In this document: positions 39,581 to 49,960 of the stretch, piece by piece
How positions within the stretch are numbered: position 1 is the stretch's first letter
Layout of the letters: each line of letters opens with the position of its first letter
Assembly (NCBI GenBank): GCA_020353515.1
Contig: CP070695.1
Location: 2,422,966 to 2,486,965, forward strand
Direction: 5' to 3'
Length of the DNA: 64,000 nucleotides
DNA from: Candidatus Heimdallarchaeota archaeon
Lineage (GTDB): Archaea; Asgardarchaeota; Heimdallarchaeia; Hodarchaeales; Hodarchaeaceae
The notes under the pieces: model-generated
What the model saw: the letters and a program-made list of their open reading frames with translations, nothing else
The model's database searches: none
Told to the model about the DNA's origin: nothing
Program-made: the position numbers and the translations under genes

Positions 39581-40498
39581 ATGTCTAACACAGAAAAAAT
39601 ACTAGTTTTAGGAGGAACAGGACACTATGGCAGACATATTGTAAAAGCACTGATTGAAAATAAACAAAAAGTCAGAGTTTTATCTCGAAATATGACAAAA
39701 GCGAGGGAAATAATTGGAGAAGAACCTGAAATCTTGGAAGGGGATATTACATCTAATGAGACAGTAATTAATGCCCTTCAAGGAGTGAGTGCAATTATTA
39801 TCTGTGTATCCGCTTTCAATAAAAAAAACATCCGTAAATTCAAGCTTATCGAAAGAGATTCTGTACTAATCGTTCTTTATGAAGCAGAGAAAATTGGTAT
39901 AAAACGTATTGTGTATATTTCCGTCTATGGGAAACCAGATGTGAATGTAGATATATCACAAGGCAGGATCAAACGTGAAATTGAAGATAAATTAGAACAA
40001 ACAAGTTTTAATTATACAATTCTAGGAGCTCCTCCTTCAATGGAAATTTTCTTTTCAATGATTCGTAAGGGGAAGATGACTGTTCCTGGGGGAGGACCCC
40101 CTGCTTTACCTACAATTGCTCCAATAGATCTAGGCAAAATTGCAGCCCAAACAGTAGTTCGATCTGATTTGAATAGAAAACGATTCAGTTTGGTTGGTTC
40201 TGATGTGATATCTTTCAGAGAAGCTGCAGATAGGATTTCAAAAGTCACTGGAAAGGAGATTGGCTTCCGAAAAGTTCCATTATTTCCTATTAAAGTAGCA
40301 GCATTAATAACAGGAGTACTACGTCCTTTCTTTCCCTATATTTCTCAACTGTTGAAATTTATTATATTAATGAATACAGCATTTACTTCTGAAATGGTAG
40401 AACAAGCTTTTGATCATCAAAGGCTTCTTCAAGAGACCTTTGATTATCAACCACTTACTCTAGAAGAGTTTACTATGAAATATTACAACTTGAAGTAA
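39581..40498 (+). CDS. NmrA-like / atypical SDR NAD(P)-binding protein
   Basis: ILVLGGTGHYG, VRVLSR, EGDIT, IVYIS; likely ATG at 39581. Confidence 0.85.
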   Translation: MSNTEKILVLGGTGHYGRHIVKALIENKQKVRVLSRNMTKAREIIGEEPEILEGDITSNETVINALQGVSAIIICVSAFNKKNIRKFKLIERDSVLIVLYEAEKIGIKRIVYISVYGKPDVNVDISQGRIKREIEDKLEQTSFNYTILGAPPSMEIFFSMIRKGKMTVPGGGPPALPTIAPIDLGKIAAQTVVRSDLNRKRFSLVGSDVISFREAADRISKVTGKEIGFRKVPLFPIKVAALITGVLRPFFPYISQLLKFIILMNTAFTSEMVEQAFDHQRLLQETFDYQPLTLEEFTMKYYNLK

Positions 40499-40522
40499 TT
40501 CCGGGAAGGGAGAAAGGTCTAA

Positions 40523-41401
40523 TCAGCCCATCTTCCATAACCTAATCTTCTTATCAGCTGCTCCTACTGCCAACCATTTACCATCGGGAGAGAAGGTCAC
40601 CGAGGTTATCCCTTTAGGTTTTAATTGTTGACTTTTTAGAATTTCACCATTTTTAACTGATCGAATCATCACTTGAAATGCAGCGACTATTGCAATCGCT
40701 TTATCATCAGGTGAGAATGCAGAATTAGAATAACCTTCAGAATCTAAAGAGAAATCATGCAGAATCTCCCAATTGGAAGTATCCCATATTTTTAGTGTTT
40801 TATCATATCCAGAAGAAGCTAGATATTCTCCATTTGAAGAAAGAGTTAAAGCTGTAACAGCAGTCTTATGACCTGGTAAACTATTAATCAAATCACCAGA
40901 TGAAATACGATATACTAAGATGTCTTCATTAAGACCTGAAACTAATAATGTTTCATTATCAGGAAGGAATATATTAGCTGATACATTTCGTTTCAAAGCA
41001 TTTATCGTTAAAACTTCCTCACCAGTTCCTATATCCCAAATCTTGACGTTTCCATCGTAAGACCCTGAAACAAAAAATCTTCCATCAGGAGATATACTCA
41101 CACAAGTAACGGTTTTTTTATGTCCTCTTATATTCAATTTTTCTTTTCCAGATGGAAAAGACCACAATTTCATTGTCGAATCAGTTGAACCAGAGACTAA
41201 GGTTGTTGTATCTGGTGAAAGTGCAATAGAATTAACACTATGCGTGTGACCAGTCATAGTTCCCTTTAAATTCCATTCAGGTACACTCCAGAGATTGATT
41301 ACATTGTCCATCCCTGCTGAAACTAATGATTGACTATCAGGAGTGAAAAGTAAATCCAAGACATAACTAGTATGTGCTGAGATTATTTCAGGATCTTTCA
41401 T
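40523..41401 (-). CDS. WD40-repeat beta-propeller protein (about 7 blades)
   Basis: Repeats such as GHTHSVNSIALSPD...SGSTDSTMKLWS and GHKKTVTCVSISPDG..SGSYDGNVKIWD. Confidence 0.93.
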   Translation of the reverse strand: MKDPEIISAHTSYVLDLLFTPDSQSLVSAGMDNVINLWSVPEWNLKGTMTGHTHSVNSIALSPDTTTLVSGSTDSTMKLWSFPSGKEKLNIRGHKKTVTCVSISPDGRFFVSGSYDGNVKIWDIGTGEEVLTINALKRNVSANIFLPDNETLLVSGLNEDILVYRISSGDLINSLPGHKTAVTALTLSSNGEYLASSGYDKTLKIWDTSNWEILHDFSLDSEGYSNSAFSPDDKAIAIVAAFQVMIRSVKNGEILKSQQLKPKGITSVTFSPDGKWLAVGAADKKIRLWKMG

Positions 41402-42061
41402 GAAATTAAACCTCAATATATAACACATCTTAACAAAATGAAAATATTATCGCTTCAATTCTCGAAATTATCAAATTTTATAAAAATGAGATAGGATTTT
41501 ATTTAGAGAATCTAATTGTTTTAGAAAAAAAATGAGATCTATTAAGTTGAGAGAAGTCCTTGACTCCATTTCTTGCTCTCATGATCTATTTTATCTTTAT
41601 CATGATCCTTCTCTGTTTCATATCTAGAAAAAGCAGCCATAAATGCTTCAGGTGATGTTAATTTTATTCTTCCTGCTTTCATTTCAATCCATCAACCGAA
41701 TCCTTTTGAATTGTGTAGCATCCCAGGAGATTAAAAACCACCATATTATCTGGGTAAGAGAGATCTAGGAACTAGCTGGATCCCATCACTTTATAATAAT
41801 TGAGAAGACACCTTTTTCAAAATAAAAGTAATTTTATAGAAATTCTTGACATCTGTTAACAATTAAAATGATCTATAGGAAATGGTTTTGTAATGAGACT
41901 AAAGTAAATCATGATCCATTAGAAAAGAATTGATTTTTCTCAAAAAAGGAATTTAGGTAGGAAGAATTCTTCCGATTTTCCCGAGGCCTTACAAAATAAG
42001 AAAAGTCATTTATTGCTAAATGAGAATTATTATAAAAAATAACTTTCAGTGATATAAAAAC

Positions 42062-43234
42062 ATGATTCCAAATTTTACTTCGTTTCATATCATGGTTAAA
42101 CCCTATAGCTCAATTTGCAATCTAGAATGTCAATACTGTTATTATCTTTCCACGAAAAACCTGTATCCTAATAGTAATTGCAAAATGAACGATGAGACTT
42201 TAGAAAAATTTACTCAACAATATATTGCAGCTCAAGAAGTACCTGAAGTCACTTTCAGTTGGCAGGGGGGAGAACCAACCTTGATGGATGTTAAATTTTT
42301 TGAAAAAGCAATCCAATACCAAAAAATATTCAATAAACACGGGATAAAAGTCCAGAATACTTTACAAACCAATGGAACCTTACTCACAAAAGATTGGGCC
42401 CGCTTTTTCAAGAAACACAATTTTTTAATCGGAATTAGTATTGACGGTCCTTCGGATTTGCATGATGAGTATCGTGTTGATAACAAAGGAAACCCCACTT
42501 TTGATCAAGTAATATCTGGACTCGATAATCTCAAAAAATATAAAGTAGATTTCAATATTCTGACATGTGTCCACACCTCGAATGTAGATTATCCATTAGA
42601 TGTCTATCGATCCTTAAGAGATGAATTAGGAGGAGAATTTATCCAATTCATTCCTATAGTTGAAACTAATGGAAGTGGGAGTATTTCTGATTTTTCTGTT
42701 ACAGGACGACAATATGGCTCTTTCTTGCAAATAGTCTTTAAGGAATGGGTTAAACATGATGTGGGAAGGGTTTATGTTCAAATTTTTGAGGTAAGTTTGG
42801 CTGCGTGGTTAAACTTGCCACTAAATTTATGTATTCTAGCCCCTACCTGTGGAAATGCTTTAGCATTAGAACACAATGGAGATATTTATGCATGCGATCA
42901 CTTTGTTACACCACAATACTTTCGCGGCAATTTATTCTCACAATCTCTTAGAAATATTGTAAATTCACAAGAGCAAAAAGAATTTGGATTGAATAAATCT
43001 AAACTCCCTCTAGAATGTCAGCAATGCGAAGTGAGATATGTTTGTAATGGGGGATGCCCAAAAAATAGGTTAATCAAAACAGATGAAGAAGGTGTAGGAA
43101 TGAACTATTTATGTGAGGGTTATAAGATGTTTTTCTCCTTCATCGATCCTTATATGAAGTACATGGGAGATCAAATAAGGAGAAATAAACCTGCTGCTAA
43201 TATTATGGATCACTTAAGACATAACCCGTTTTGA
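42062..43234 (+). CDS. Anaerobic sulfatase-maturating enzyme (radical SAM/SPASM)
   Basis: KP.SSICNLECQYCYY, WQGGEPTL, QTNGTLL, YACDHFV, CQQCEVRYVCNGGCPK, YLCEGYK. Confidence 0.93.
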   Translation: MIPNFTSFHIMVKPYSSICNLECQYCYYLSTKNLYPNSNCKMNDETLEKFTQQYIAAQEVPEVTFSWQGGEPTLMDVKFFEKAIQYQKIFNKHGIKVQNTLQTNGTLLTKDWARFFKKHNFLIGISIDGPSDLHDEYRVDNKGNPTFDQVISGLDNLKKYKVDFNILTCVHTSNVDYPLDVYRSLRDELGGEFIQFIPIVETNGSGSISDFSVTGRQYGSFLQIVFKEWVKHDVGRVYVQIFEVSLAAWLNLPLNLCILAPTCGNALALEHNGDIYACDHFVTPQYFRGNLFSQSLRNIVNSQEQKEFGLNKSKLPLECQQCEVRYVCNGGCPKNRLIKTDEEGVGMNYLCEGYKMFFSFIDPYMKYMGDQIRRNKPAANIMDHLRHNPF

Positions 43235-43264
43235 GAATTGTTATTAGTACTAGAGCTAAGAAAA

Positions 43265-44539
43265 ATGAGCAAAGAATCTGAATCCAAACCAAATTTTTTA
43301 TTTATCATCACTCATGATACTGGAGATCTTTTTGATTTTCATAGAAAAGGAGTAGAAACCCCAAACTTGAATCAATTAGCAGAGAATGGAATAGTTTTTA
43401 CAAATCATTTTTGTACCGCTCCACAATGTTCTCCTTCTCGGGGTAGTATTCTCACTGGGCAGATGCCTCATTCAAATGGATTAATGGGATTGACAAACTA
43501 TGGTTGGAACCTAGAATCAGAGCTCACAATACCGAAAGTTCTAGCTAAAAACGGCTATTCAACACATCTAATAGGATTACAGCACGAACATGAAAATGCA
43601 AGCGAGCTGGGTTACCAAAATATCTCTAACCGTAACATAATGCCGTGGATAGACAATGTTACTCCTCAAGTTGTCGAATTTCTAACAAGTACTAATCAAG
43701 GGAATATACAACAACCTTTCTATTGTGCTATTGGCCTTTTCGATACACATAGACCTTTTACTTTTCCTGATGACATTCCTCCAATCTCAATAAAAGATGT
43801 CCAAATTCCTGAATATTTACCAGACACACCCGAAGTAAGATCAGACATTTCAGACCTTCTTTCCTCAATTATTACAGTAGATCGAGGAATTGGTCGTATT
43901 GTTGAAACTTTAAGAAAATGTTCGTTTTATGAAAACACCGTGGTCATTTTCACAGTCGATCATGGGCCTGCGCTTCCACGGGCGAAATGTACTTTATATG
44001 ACCCTGGAATTAGAACTGCTCTTATTATCAATTGGCCAAGAAAGATTAAAGGAGGAAAAACACACAGAGAACTGCTATCTAACATTGATATATTCCCAAC
44101 AATTCTAGATTTATGTGGAATTTCGATTCCTGAACAAATCCAAGGACAAAGCTTCAGAAATCTCCTCCTGAATGAGAAATATGACGAGCAGAAATATATT
44201 TTTGCTGAATTGACTTACCATGATATTGGTTATAATCCTATAAGGGCAATTAGAACAAAAGAGTGGAAATATATCAAGAATTTTGCTCCTCTTGATTTTT
44301 TATTCGAAATTCCTGACGATGTCATTGAAAGTCCCACTACAAAGGCATGGTTATCAGAACATCCTGAGTATCACTCTCCAAGACCAATGGAAGAGCTTTA
44401 TGATCTCATAAACGATCCAATGGAACAGAATAATCTGGCTGAAGAATCTCAATATCAGACAACTAAACTTGAATTAGAAAAAGAACTTATGAACTGGCTA
44501 AAATTGACAAATGATCCAATCTTGAATGGAAATAAATAA
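43265..44539 (+). CDS. Cys-type sulfatase
   Basis: PNFLFIITHD, CSPSRGSILTG (CxPxR), DHG, EELYDL..DP.E; adjacent to the maturase. Confidence 0.93.
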   Translation: MSKESESKPNFLFIITHDTGDLFDFHRKGVETPNLNQLAENGIVFTNHFCTAPQCSPSRGSILTGQMPHSNGLMGLTNYGWNLESELTIPKVLAKNGYSTHLIGLQHEHENASELGYQNISNRNIMPWIDNVTPQVVEFLTSTNQGNIQQPFYCAIGLFDTHRPFTFPDDIPPISIKDVQIPEYLPDTPEVRSDISDLLSSIITVDRGIGRIVETLRKCSFYENTVVIFTVDHGPALPRAKCTLYDPGIRTALIINWPRKIKGGKTHRELLSNIDIFPTILDLCGISIPEQIQGQSFRNLLLNEKYDEQKYIFAELTYHDIGYNPIRAIRTKEWKYIKNFAPLDFLFEIPDDVIESPTTKAWLSEHPEYHSPRPMEELYDLINDPMEQNNLAEESQYQTTKLELEKELMNWLKLTNDPILNGNK

Positions 44540-44660
44540 ATTCTAATTCTAAAAGAATGAAGTCTAGAGAATAATTATCTGAAAAAAAATTCTGTTTTAG
44601 TTATCCTATGGTTTATAAGGCAAAAAACTATGATTACTTCAAATATAGGGATTAGAAAAA

Positions 44661-45134
44661 ATGCCTAATTTTGAACAATTTGAATATAAGAAAGGCACAA
44701 GAACACCTGTAAGAGCTAAAGATATTGAAGCTCAGCAACAATGGTTAGATGGTCAGCTCTATTATATTCAAAAGGTTGAAAATTATAATAGGTTAATTAA
44801 AAAGCTTTTTGTATGCAAAAAATGCGGAAAAAGGATCACAAATCCCCGCTGGGTTCACATGAATGATTCACATTCCCCCGATGACTTCCCTATAACACAT
44901 TACTATCATTCCAAACGCCAATGCAACCCCCACTTCGTCAGGGTCTGTCTTAATTGTGGTAAGGATTTTCGTATAAACCGAAAGAACCAGAAACTTTGTT
45001 CTAAAAAATGTTCGGTAAAATATATGACTAGTCCAATTCTTATAAAGCGTTGTTCGAGGTGTGGGAAGGAATTCAAAACTCGGATGATTGAGAACAAGCA
45101 GAACAATGAAAAGCATTGCCACGGATGTCGTTAA
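44661..45134 (+). CDS. Basic multi-zinc-finger protein
   Basis: CKKC, CLNCGKDF...LCSKKC, CSRCGKEF...HCHGC. Confidence 0.65.
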   Translation: MPNFEQFEYKKGTRTPVRAKDIEAQQQWLDGQLYYIQKVENYNRLIKKLFVCKKCGKRITNPRWVHMNDSHSPDDFPITHYYHSKRQCNPHFVRVCLNCGKDFRINRKNQKLCSKKCSVKYMTSPILIKRCSRCGKEFKTRMIENKQNNEKHCHGCR

Positions 45135-45288
45135 TTTTACAGATTTTCAAAATGTCGTCTATGCCTCTTAATTGCCTTTTCTATTTGAATTCTTCCTTCT
45201 TCTGATAAGACATATTAAAAATCTTTTAGAAAAAATATTTAACAAAGAAGTTTTAATTCTATTTGTAATAGAATAGTGAGGAACTCTG

Positions 45289-46203
45289 ATGAACATAAAT
45301 ATTTCACTTTGTGGATTCAATTGCGGAATCTGTCCAGCTTTTAAACCAAACATCAAGTCAGAGAAAGATAGGTTAAAAGTTGATGAGGGATGGAAGAAAT
45401 TTCATAAAACCCAGGGTTGGGTATATAAAGAAGATTACTGTCATGGATGTTTCAATGTTCCAGAAACTCCTCTATGGAGTGGTTGCCCCATCAGAAAATG
45501 TGTTCTTACTAATAACGTTGAAAATTGCGGTTATTGTCCTGATTATCCGTGTCCACGGATCAAAAACATGATACATATCACTAAGAAGATAGCAGAGAGA
45601 ACAAAAAAAGAGGGAACACAAGAAGATTACCAAAAATTTGGGGCCCCTTTCTTAAGTGAATCAAAACTTGAGGAATTACATAAAGAATTCAAGAAAAAAA
45701 GGCAGGATATAGATACTCAACCATTGAATACTCATACAGTAGAATTTCCCCAAAATATTAATCAAGAATACGCCTCACAACCCGAAATACTTCAGGACTT
45801 ACATTCTACGCTCAAAAACATATTGTCATTGCATTGTAAAACACCTGGTGGTAAAGAGCAAGAATTAAAGAGGAATAAGGATGTTTTAAAATTCCTTTGG
45901 ATTTTTGGAAGATATGGAAATCTAAAAAATGATACAGATCAGCCTTTAATCGAGATCACTCCAAAAGAGCTGAAAAAATATCTCAAATACGGAAAATGGA
46001 GAACAAAAAGAAAACTAGAAGAGCTAGCAAGATATGGAATTGACGGTCACTACAGTCAAGACAAAGTTAGTATAAGGTTCACAAAGAAATTTCAACTCGC
46101 TTACTTACTCCAGAAATATGTACAGACTCTTCTCGAAAATAATAAGGAACGCAGTGCTTATTCAAAATTTTGGAAGGCTGATATGAACATTTTTCGAAAG
46201 TAG
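45289..46203 (+). CDS. DUF3795-like Cys-rich protein
   Basis: CGFNCGICP, CHGC, CPIRKC..NCGYCPDYPC. Confidence 0.75.
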   Translation: MNINISLCGFNCGICPAFKPNIKSEKDRLKVDEGWKKFHKTQGWVYKEDYCHGCFNVPETPLWSGCPIRKCVLTNNVENCGYCPDYPCPRIKNMIHITKKIAERTKKEGTQEDYQKFGAPFLSESKLEELHKEFKKKRQDIDTQPLNTHTVEFPQNINQEYASQPEILQDLHSTLKNILSLHCKTPGGKEQELKRNKDVLKFLWIFGRYGNLKNDTDQPLIEITPKELKKYLKYGKWRTKRKLEELARYGIDGHYSQDKVSIRFTKKFQLAYLLQKYVQTLLENNKERSAYSKFWKADMNIFRK

Positions 46204-46315
46204 TCTTTCATTGACAATATAGGCATTAATTTCGAAAACCTCCGCCGATTACCTTAAAACGGATAGTAATTATTCCTATAAAAATTTTCTAAAAATGACA
46301 AAGGAATCGTAAAAA

Positions 46316-47725
46316 ATGAGCAGTACGAAAAATATGAATACTGAGAATGTAAGCACAAAAATAATGGCTTCTTATGGCTCAGGGAAATTTCTTACTGAAT
46401 TCATTATGCAAGCTTTTGGAGTCGTTGTTTTCAAATTTTATGAGACTGTAATATTCGAAGATGCTTATGCTTGGCTCCCTACTTTAGCTTTTGTGATTTA
46501 TTCTGTATATAATGCCTTCAATGATCCATTAATTGGATATATTACAGAAAAAAAGACGACACGATTTTCTGCAAAATATGGTAGACGGTTCCCGTGGATA
46601 TTCATTGGATCTCTTCTCTGGGTGTTCTCATATGTTCTTATTTTTGCGGTTCCAGGCGGGTTAACTAGTGATCCTTATATAACGTTCATTTGGATGGTTT
46701 TAACTGTTTGTTTGTTTGATACGCTTTATTCATTATGGGATGTAAATTATCAATCGATTTTTCCAGATAAGTTTCGATCTGAAAACGTCAGACAACGTAC
46801 AATTGCAGTAGGTACTGCAGTTGGAGTTGTAGGGATAGCTTTAGGCTTTTTAATTCCCTCTGGTCTAGCTGACATTAATGTCATTGAACCATACCTCATA
46901 AATTCTATCCTAATTGCGTCAGTCGCATTTTTTGTTGTGTTCATTTTGATCCCGGGAACAAGGGAAACACCAGAGATGATTGAGCGATATATTGAAGATC
47001 GAAAGAAGAAAGGGGAAGAATCGTTTTTCAGTGAATTAATCAACGCACTTAAAGAACGGAATTTTACAGCTTGGATTATTCTCTACTTCTTTTACCAGTC
47101 TGGTACAGTATCATTCACTGCAAGTATTCTTTACGTTGGTGACTACATTTTGCCAGAGGGAGAAGGAACAACTATTATCTTTGTAGGCTTGCTAGCAGGA
47201 GCCTTAATCGCTATACCTATTTGGCAACGTATTAATTCACGAGTGATACAAAATAATCAACGTACTTTGATGATTGCTGCTATTGTTATGGCACTTTTCA
47301 TTCTTCCAATTACATTACCTCAGATTAATAATTCCTTTGGATTTACTCTATTTGTATTCCTCGGAGGACTAGGTTTTGGGGGGTACTGGATGATTATGAC
47401 TCCAGCATTAGCAGATGTAATTGATGAAATTGTTGTAAAGACAGGAAAGCGAAATGATGGAATTTTCATGGGTTTTCGAGCCTTTTTTGGACGTTTCGCT
47501 TTTGCTGTCCAGGCAATCTCTTTTTGGCTTGTTCACGAAATCACTGGATTCAATGCTGATATTGAGACTCAATCAGAATCAGCAATCTTAGGAATACATA
47601 TCCACATGGCATTATTACCAGCGATTTTCCTTTTGATTGGAGTTTTCATATTTTGGAGACTGAATGACCTGAACTCAGAAAAAGTTGGAAGAATTAAGAC
47701 AGAATTAAAAGATTTAGGGCTGTAA
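46316..47725 (+). CDS. MFS transporter, glycoside-pentoside-hexuronide (MelB-like) family
   Basis: YNAFNDPLIG, YGRRFPWI, ADVIDE...TGKRNDGIFMG; about 12 TM. Confidence 0.9.
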   Translation: MSSTKNMNTENVSTKIMASYGSGKFLTEFIMQAFGVVVFKFYETVIFEDAYAWLPTLAFVIYSVYNAFNDPLIGYITEKKTTRFSAKYGRRFPWIFIGSLLWVFSYVLIFAVPGGLTSDPYITFIWMVLTVCLFDTLYSLWDVNYQSIFPDKFRSENVRQRTIAVGTAVGVVGIALGFLIPSGLADINVIEPYLINSILIASVAFFVVFILIPGTRETPEMIERYIEDRKKKGEESFFSELINALKERNFTAWIILYFFYQSGTVSFTASILYVGDYILPEGEGTTIIFVGLLAGALIAIPIWQRINSRVIQNNQRTLMIAAIVMALFILPITLPQINNSFGFTLFVFLGGLGFGGYWMIMTPALADVIDEIVVKTGKRNDGIFMGFRAFFGRFAFAVQAISFWLVHEITGFNADIETQSESAILGIHIHMALLPAIFLLIGVFIFWRLNDLNSEKVGRIKTELKDLGL

Positions 47726-47768
47726 TCTCCAAACTCCATATTGATTAAAAGAGAAACGCTGATTACAT

Positions 47769-48449
47769 TTGAATATTCTAAAAACTTTAGCACGTAGTTT
47801 GACCATTCTTGGACCGATTTGCATAGCTATAGGATTCATAAGTATCTTCTTTTTACAGATTCATCTTGGAGAAATTACTCTACCTGGTTCCTTTCGCAGT
47901 GAAACATTTTATATGGAAAAAGGAAAATCCTATTCAATTAAAGCTTCAGGTACAAATTATCCTTTTGGATCCAGTGGTGGAGAAGTTACCTTTTTTTTAA
48001 CTGGTGGAATGCCAGTTCTCAGTTTTAATATCTATTTCTCTTTTGATGGTGATTCTACGTCCCAGGAGGTCATTATTGGTGATTTCACTGCTCCAGTTTC
48101 TGGAGATTATTACTTTCAATATGCTGAGGAATACAGTTCAATCCATAGACCTGTGAAGCTCATTGTTCAGGAATCATTAATTGAGCACTACATTGGATTT
48201 AATTCACTAGAAATTATGATTTTTGGAGTTATTCTGCTTATTGCAGGGTATATCTTACCTAAAGGGAGTGATTGGATAAACCGACGCATAGAAGCCCGTA
48301 GTACAGAGGAAAGACATGAATCAATTGAGATAGATGAAAGTTTTGACATCATAACTGAAGTAGGAGAGACTTCGTGTCCAAACTGTGGCTTTATTGATGA
48401 AGGAATTTATTGTAGCAATTGTGGATCTCGATTGAGAAATGACGGCTGA
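47769..48449 (+). CDS. Membrane protein with extracellular beta domain and cytoplasmic zinc ribbon
   Basis: Two TM helices; C-term CPNCG-x6-YCSNCG. Confidence 0.65.
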   Translation: MNILKTLARSLTILGPICIAIGFISIFFLQIHLGEITLPGSFRSETFYMEKGKSYSIKASGTNYPFGSSGGEVTFFLTGGMPVLSFNIYFSFDGDSTSQEVIIGDFTAPVSGDYYFQYAEEYSSIHRPVKLIVQESLIEHYIGFNSLEIMIFGVILLIAGYILPKGSDWINRRIEARSTEERHESIEIDESFDIITEVGETSCPNCGFIDEGIYCSNCGSRLRNDG

Positions 48450-48495
48450 ATCTTGGCTCAAATAGAGGAAGTACTTTCTTGAATAGACATAATAA

Positions 48496-49320
48496 TTATT
48501 CTTCATGCAGTTCTTCATGAAACTGTCCAAGAATCTCTTTAGGTAGAGCGTAGAATCCAGTCAATAAAATAGCTAAGGATACTAAATACATGTTAAACCA
48601 TATGAACCAGATATATTTTAGCTCTTCAAAGTGCCAAGGAGCCCAAGCAAGATAAGCTATTCCAAAAAGAATGAAACCAGCTGAAATAATCCTTGGTGAA
48701 TGTAATTCAGCGCCTTTTCCATAATTATACCATAATATTGCTAAAATAAAGGCCATTGGTACAAATACCCAATATAAAAAGCCATACATCGTCAATTCGA
48801 TGTCACGAAGGAGTATTAAGCCTACAATAAACCATAATTCTCCTAATAAAAAGATCAAAAGAGCAGCTAGATAAGTCAATCTAGGAGAATCTGTATAAAG
48901 CTTAGTTACACCAATCCACATACCCGCAACCCACAGAATCATTGGTGTTCTCCAAATTAGAAAAATCACTGGATCCGTCATGTCTGCAAATTCGAAACCC
49001 CAAGCCTGCAATAGCAAACCCAATAATGTAATTGAATAAATGAGAAATGAAGATCCCCATATGAGCTGAAAAGGAGCTTGTTCCAATGGTCTAGCTCTAG
49101 AAAAATAGCGAAATAGTAAATAGCCACCAATGATGAAAATGAGTATGAATCCTGAAAGTGAAGTCCCAAATAAATCGTAAGTAGTTTCTATCTCTGGTAC
49201 AGCAAAACCCTTTGGTTTAGCTACTACTATGAGAGTCGTAAATATGTATATAATTGCAACTATAACAATATATCCGCTATTGCGGGTTATATAATCAGTC
49301 ATTTCATCTTTTATTGACAT
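48496..49320 (-). CDS. Polytopic (7-8 TM) membrane protein, paralogue of 50673..51470
   Basis: Hydrophobic throughout; shares WG.SFL.Y, GE.WF..G and PW motifs with 50673..51470. Confidence 0.7.
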   Translation of the reverse strand: MSIKDEMTDYITRNSGYIVIVAIIYIFTTLIVVAKPKGFAVPEIETTYDLFGTSLSGFILIFIIGGYLLFRYFSRARPLEQAPFQLIWGSSFLIYSITLLGLLLQAWGFEFADMTDPVIFLIWRTPMILWVAGMWIGVTKLYTDSPRLTYLAALLIFLLGELWFIVGLILLRDIELTMYGFLYWVFVPMAFILAILWYNYGKGAELHSPRIISAGFILFGIAYLAWAPWHFEELKYIWFIWFNMYLVSLAILLTGFYALPKEILGQFHEELHEE

Positions 49321-49439
49321 TGCACATCTACCTTGTATCAAATCGTGAACAGAGTTTTTGATGTAATATTCAATTTGATTATAAGAGTTTTCTCCTAAAT
49401 AACATAAATCACTTACAATTCTACTGGAGAGAGGTTAAT

Positions 49440-49861
49440 ACACATAAATTCCCAGCAAGACTCTACTGCTTTAATGGCGTCCCTAATCTTCAAGAATTCG
49501 TCCTAGATAACTATCTGGGAAAGACATTCAATCTAACCCTGCTACAAAATTGTCCTGATTTAAAAAAATAAGTCTTTACAATGGCCACATTGATAAATTG
49601 GATCCCACCTCGCTAAAACATTGTCCTAGTTTACAGAAATTGACTCTACTACATAACCGCCTGAAGGAATTGGATCTCTCTCCTCTAGAAAACCATCCAT
49701 CCCTTGAGACAGTGAATTTATCAGGGAATAAATTTGAGAAAATTGACCTTACTCCCTTAATAAATTTCCCAAATCTAAAAGTTGTTAATTTAAAATACAA
49801 TTCATTAGAAATTCTTCCAACAGTAATCTTTAATCAGAAAGATCTAGAAATTATTCAATGA
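49440..49861 (+). pseudogene. Leucine-rich-repeat protein remnant, frameshifted at the A7 run 49562-49568
   Basis: Upstream frame PNLQEFVLDNYLGKTFNLTLLQNCPDLKK* continues in the -1 frame as ISLYNGHIDKLDPTSLKHCPSLQKLTLLHNRL...; no start codon upstream in frame. Confidence 0.7.
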
Positions 49862-49960
49862 GAATCCTCGTTTATTATTCCACTAAACAAAAAGTAGAAT
49901 TAAACTACTTTCTCCTATATGGCGCTCTTCAACTCTTTACCAGCATAACTAATTAGATTT

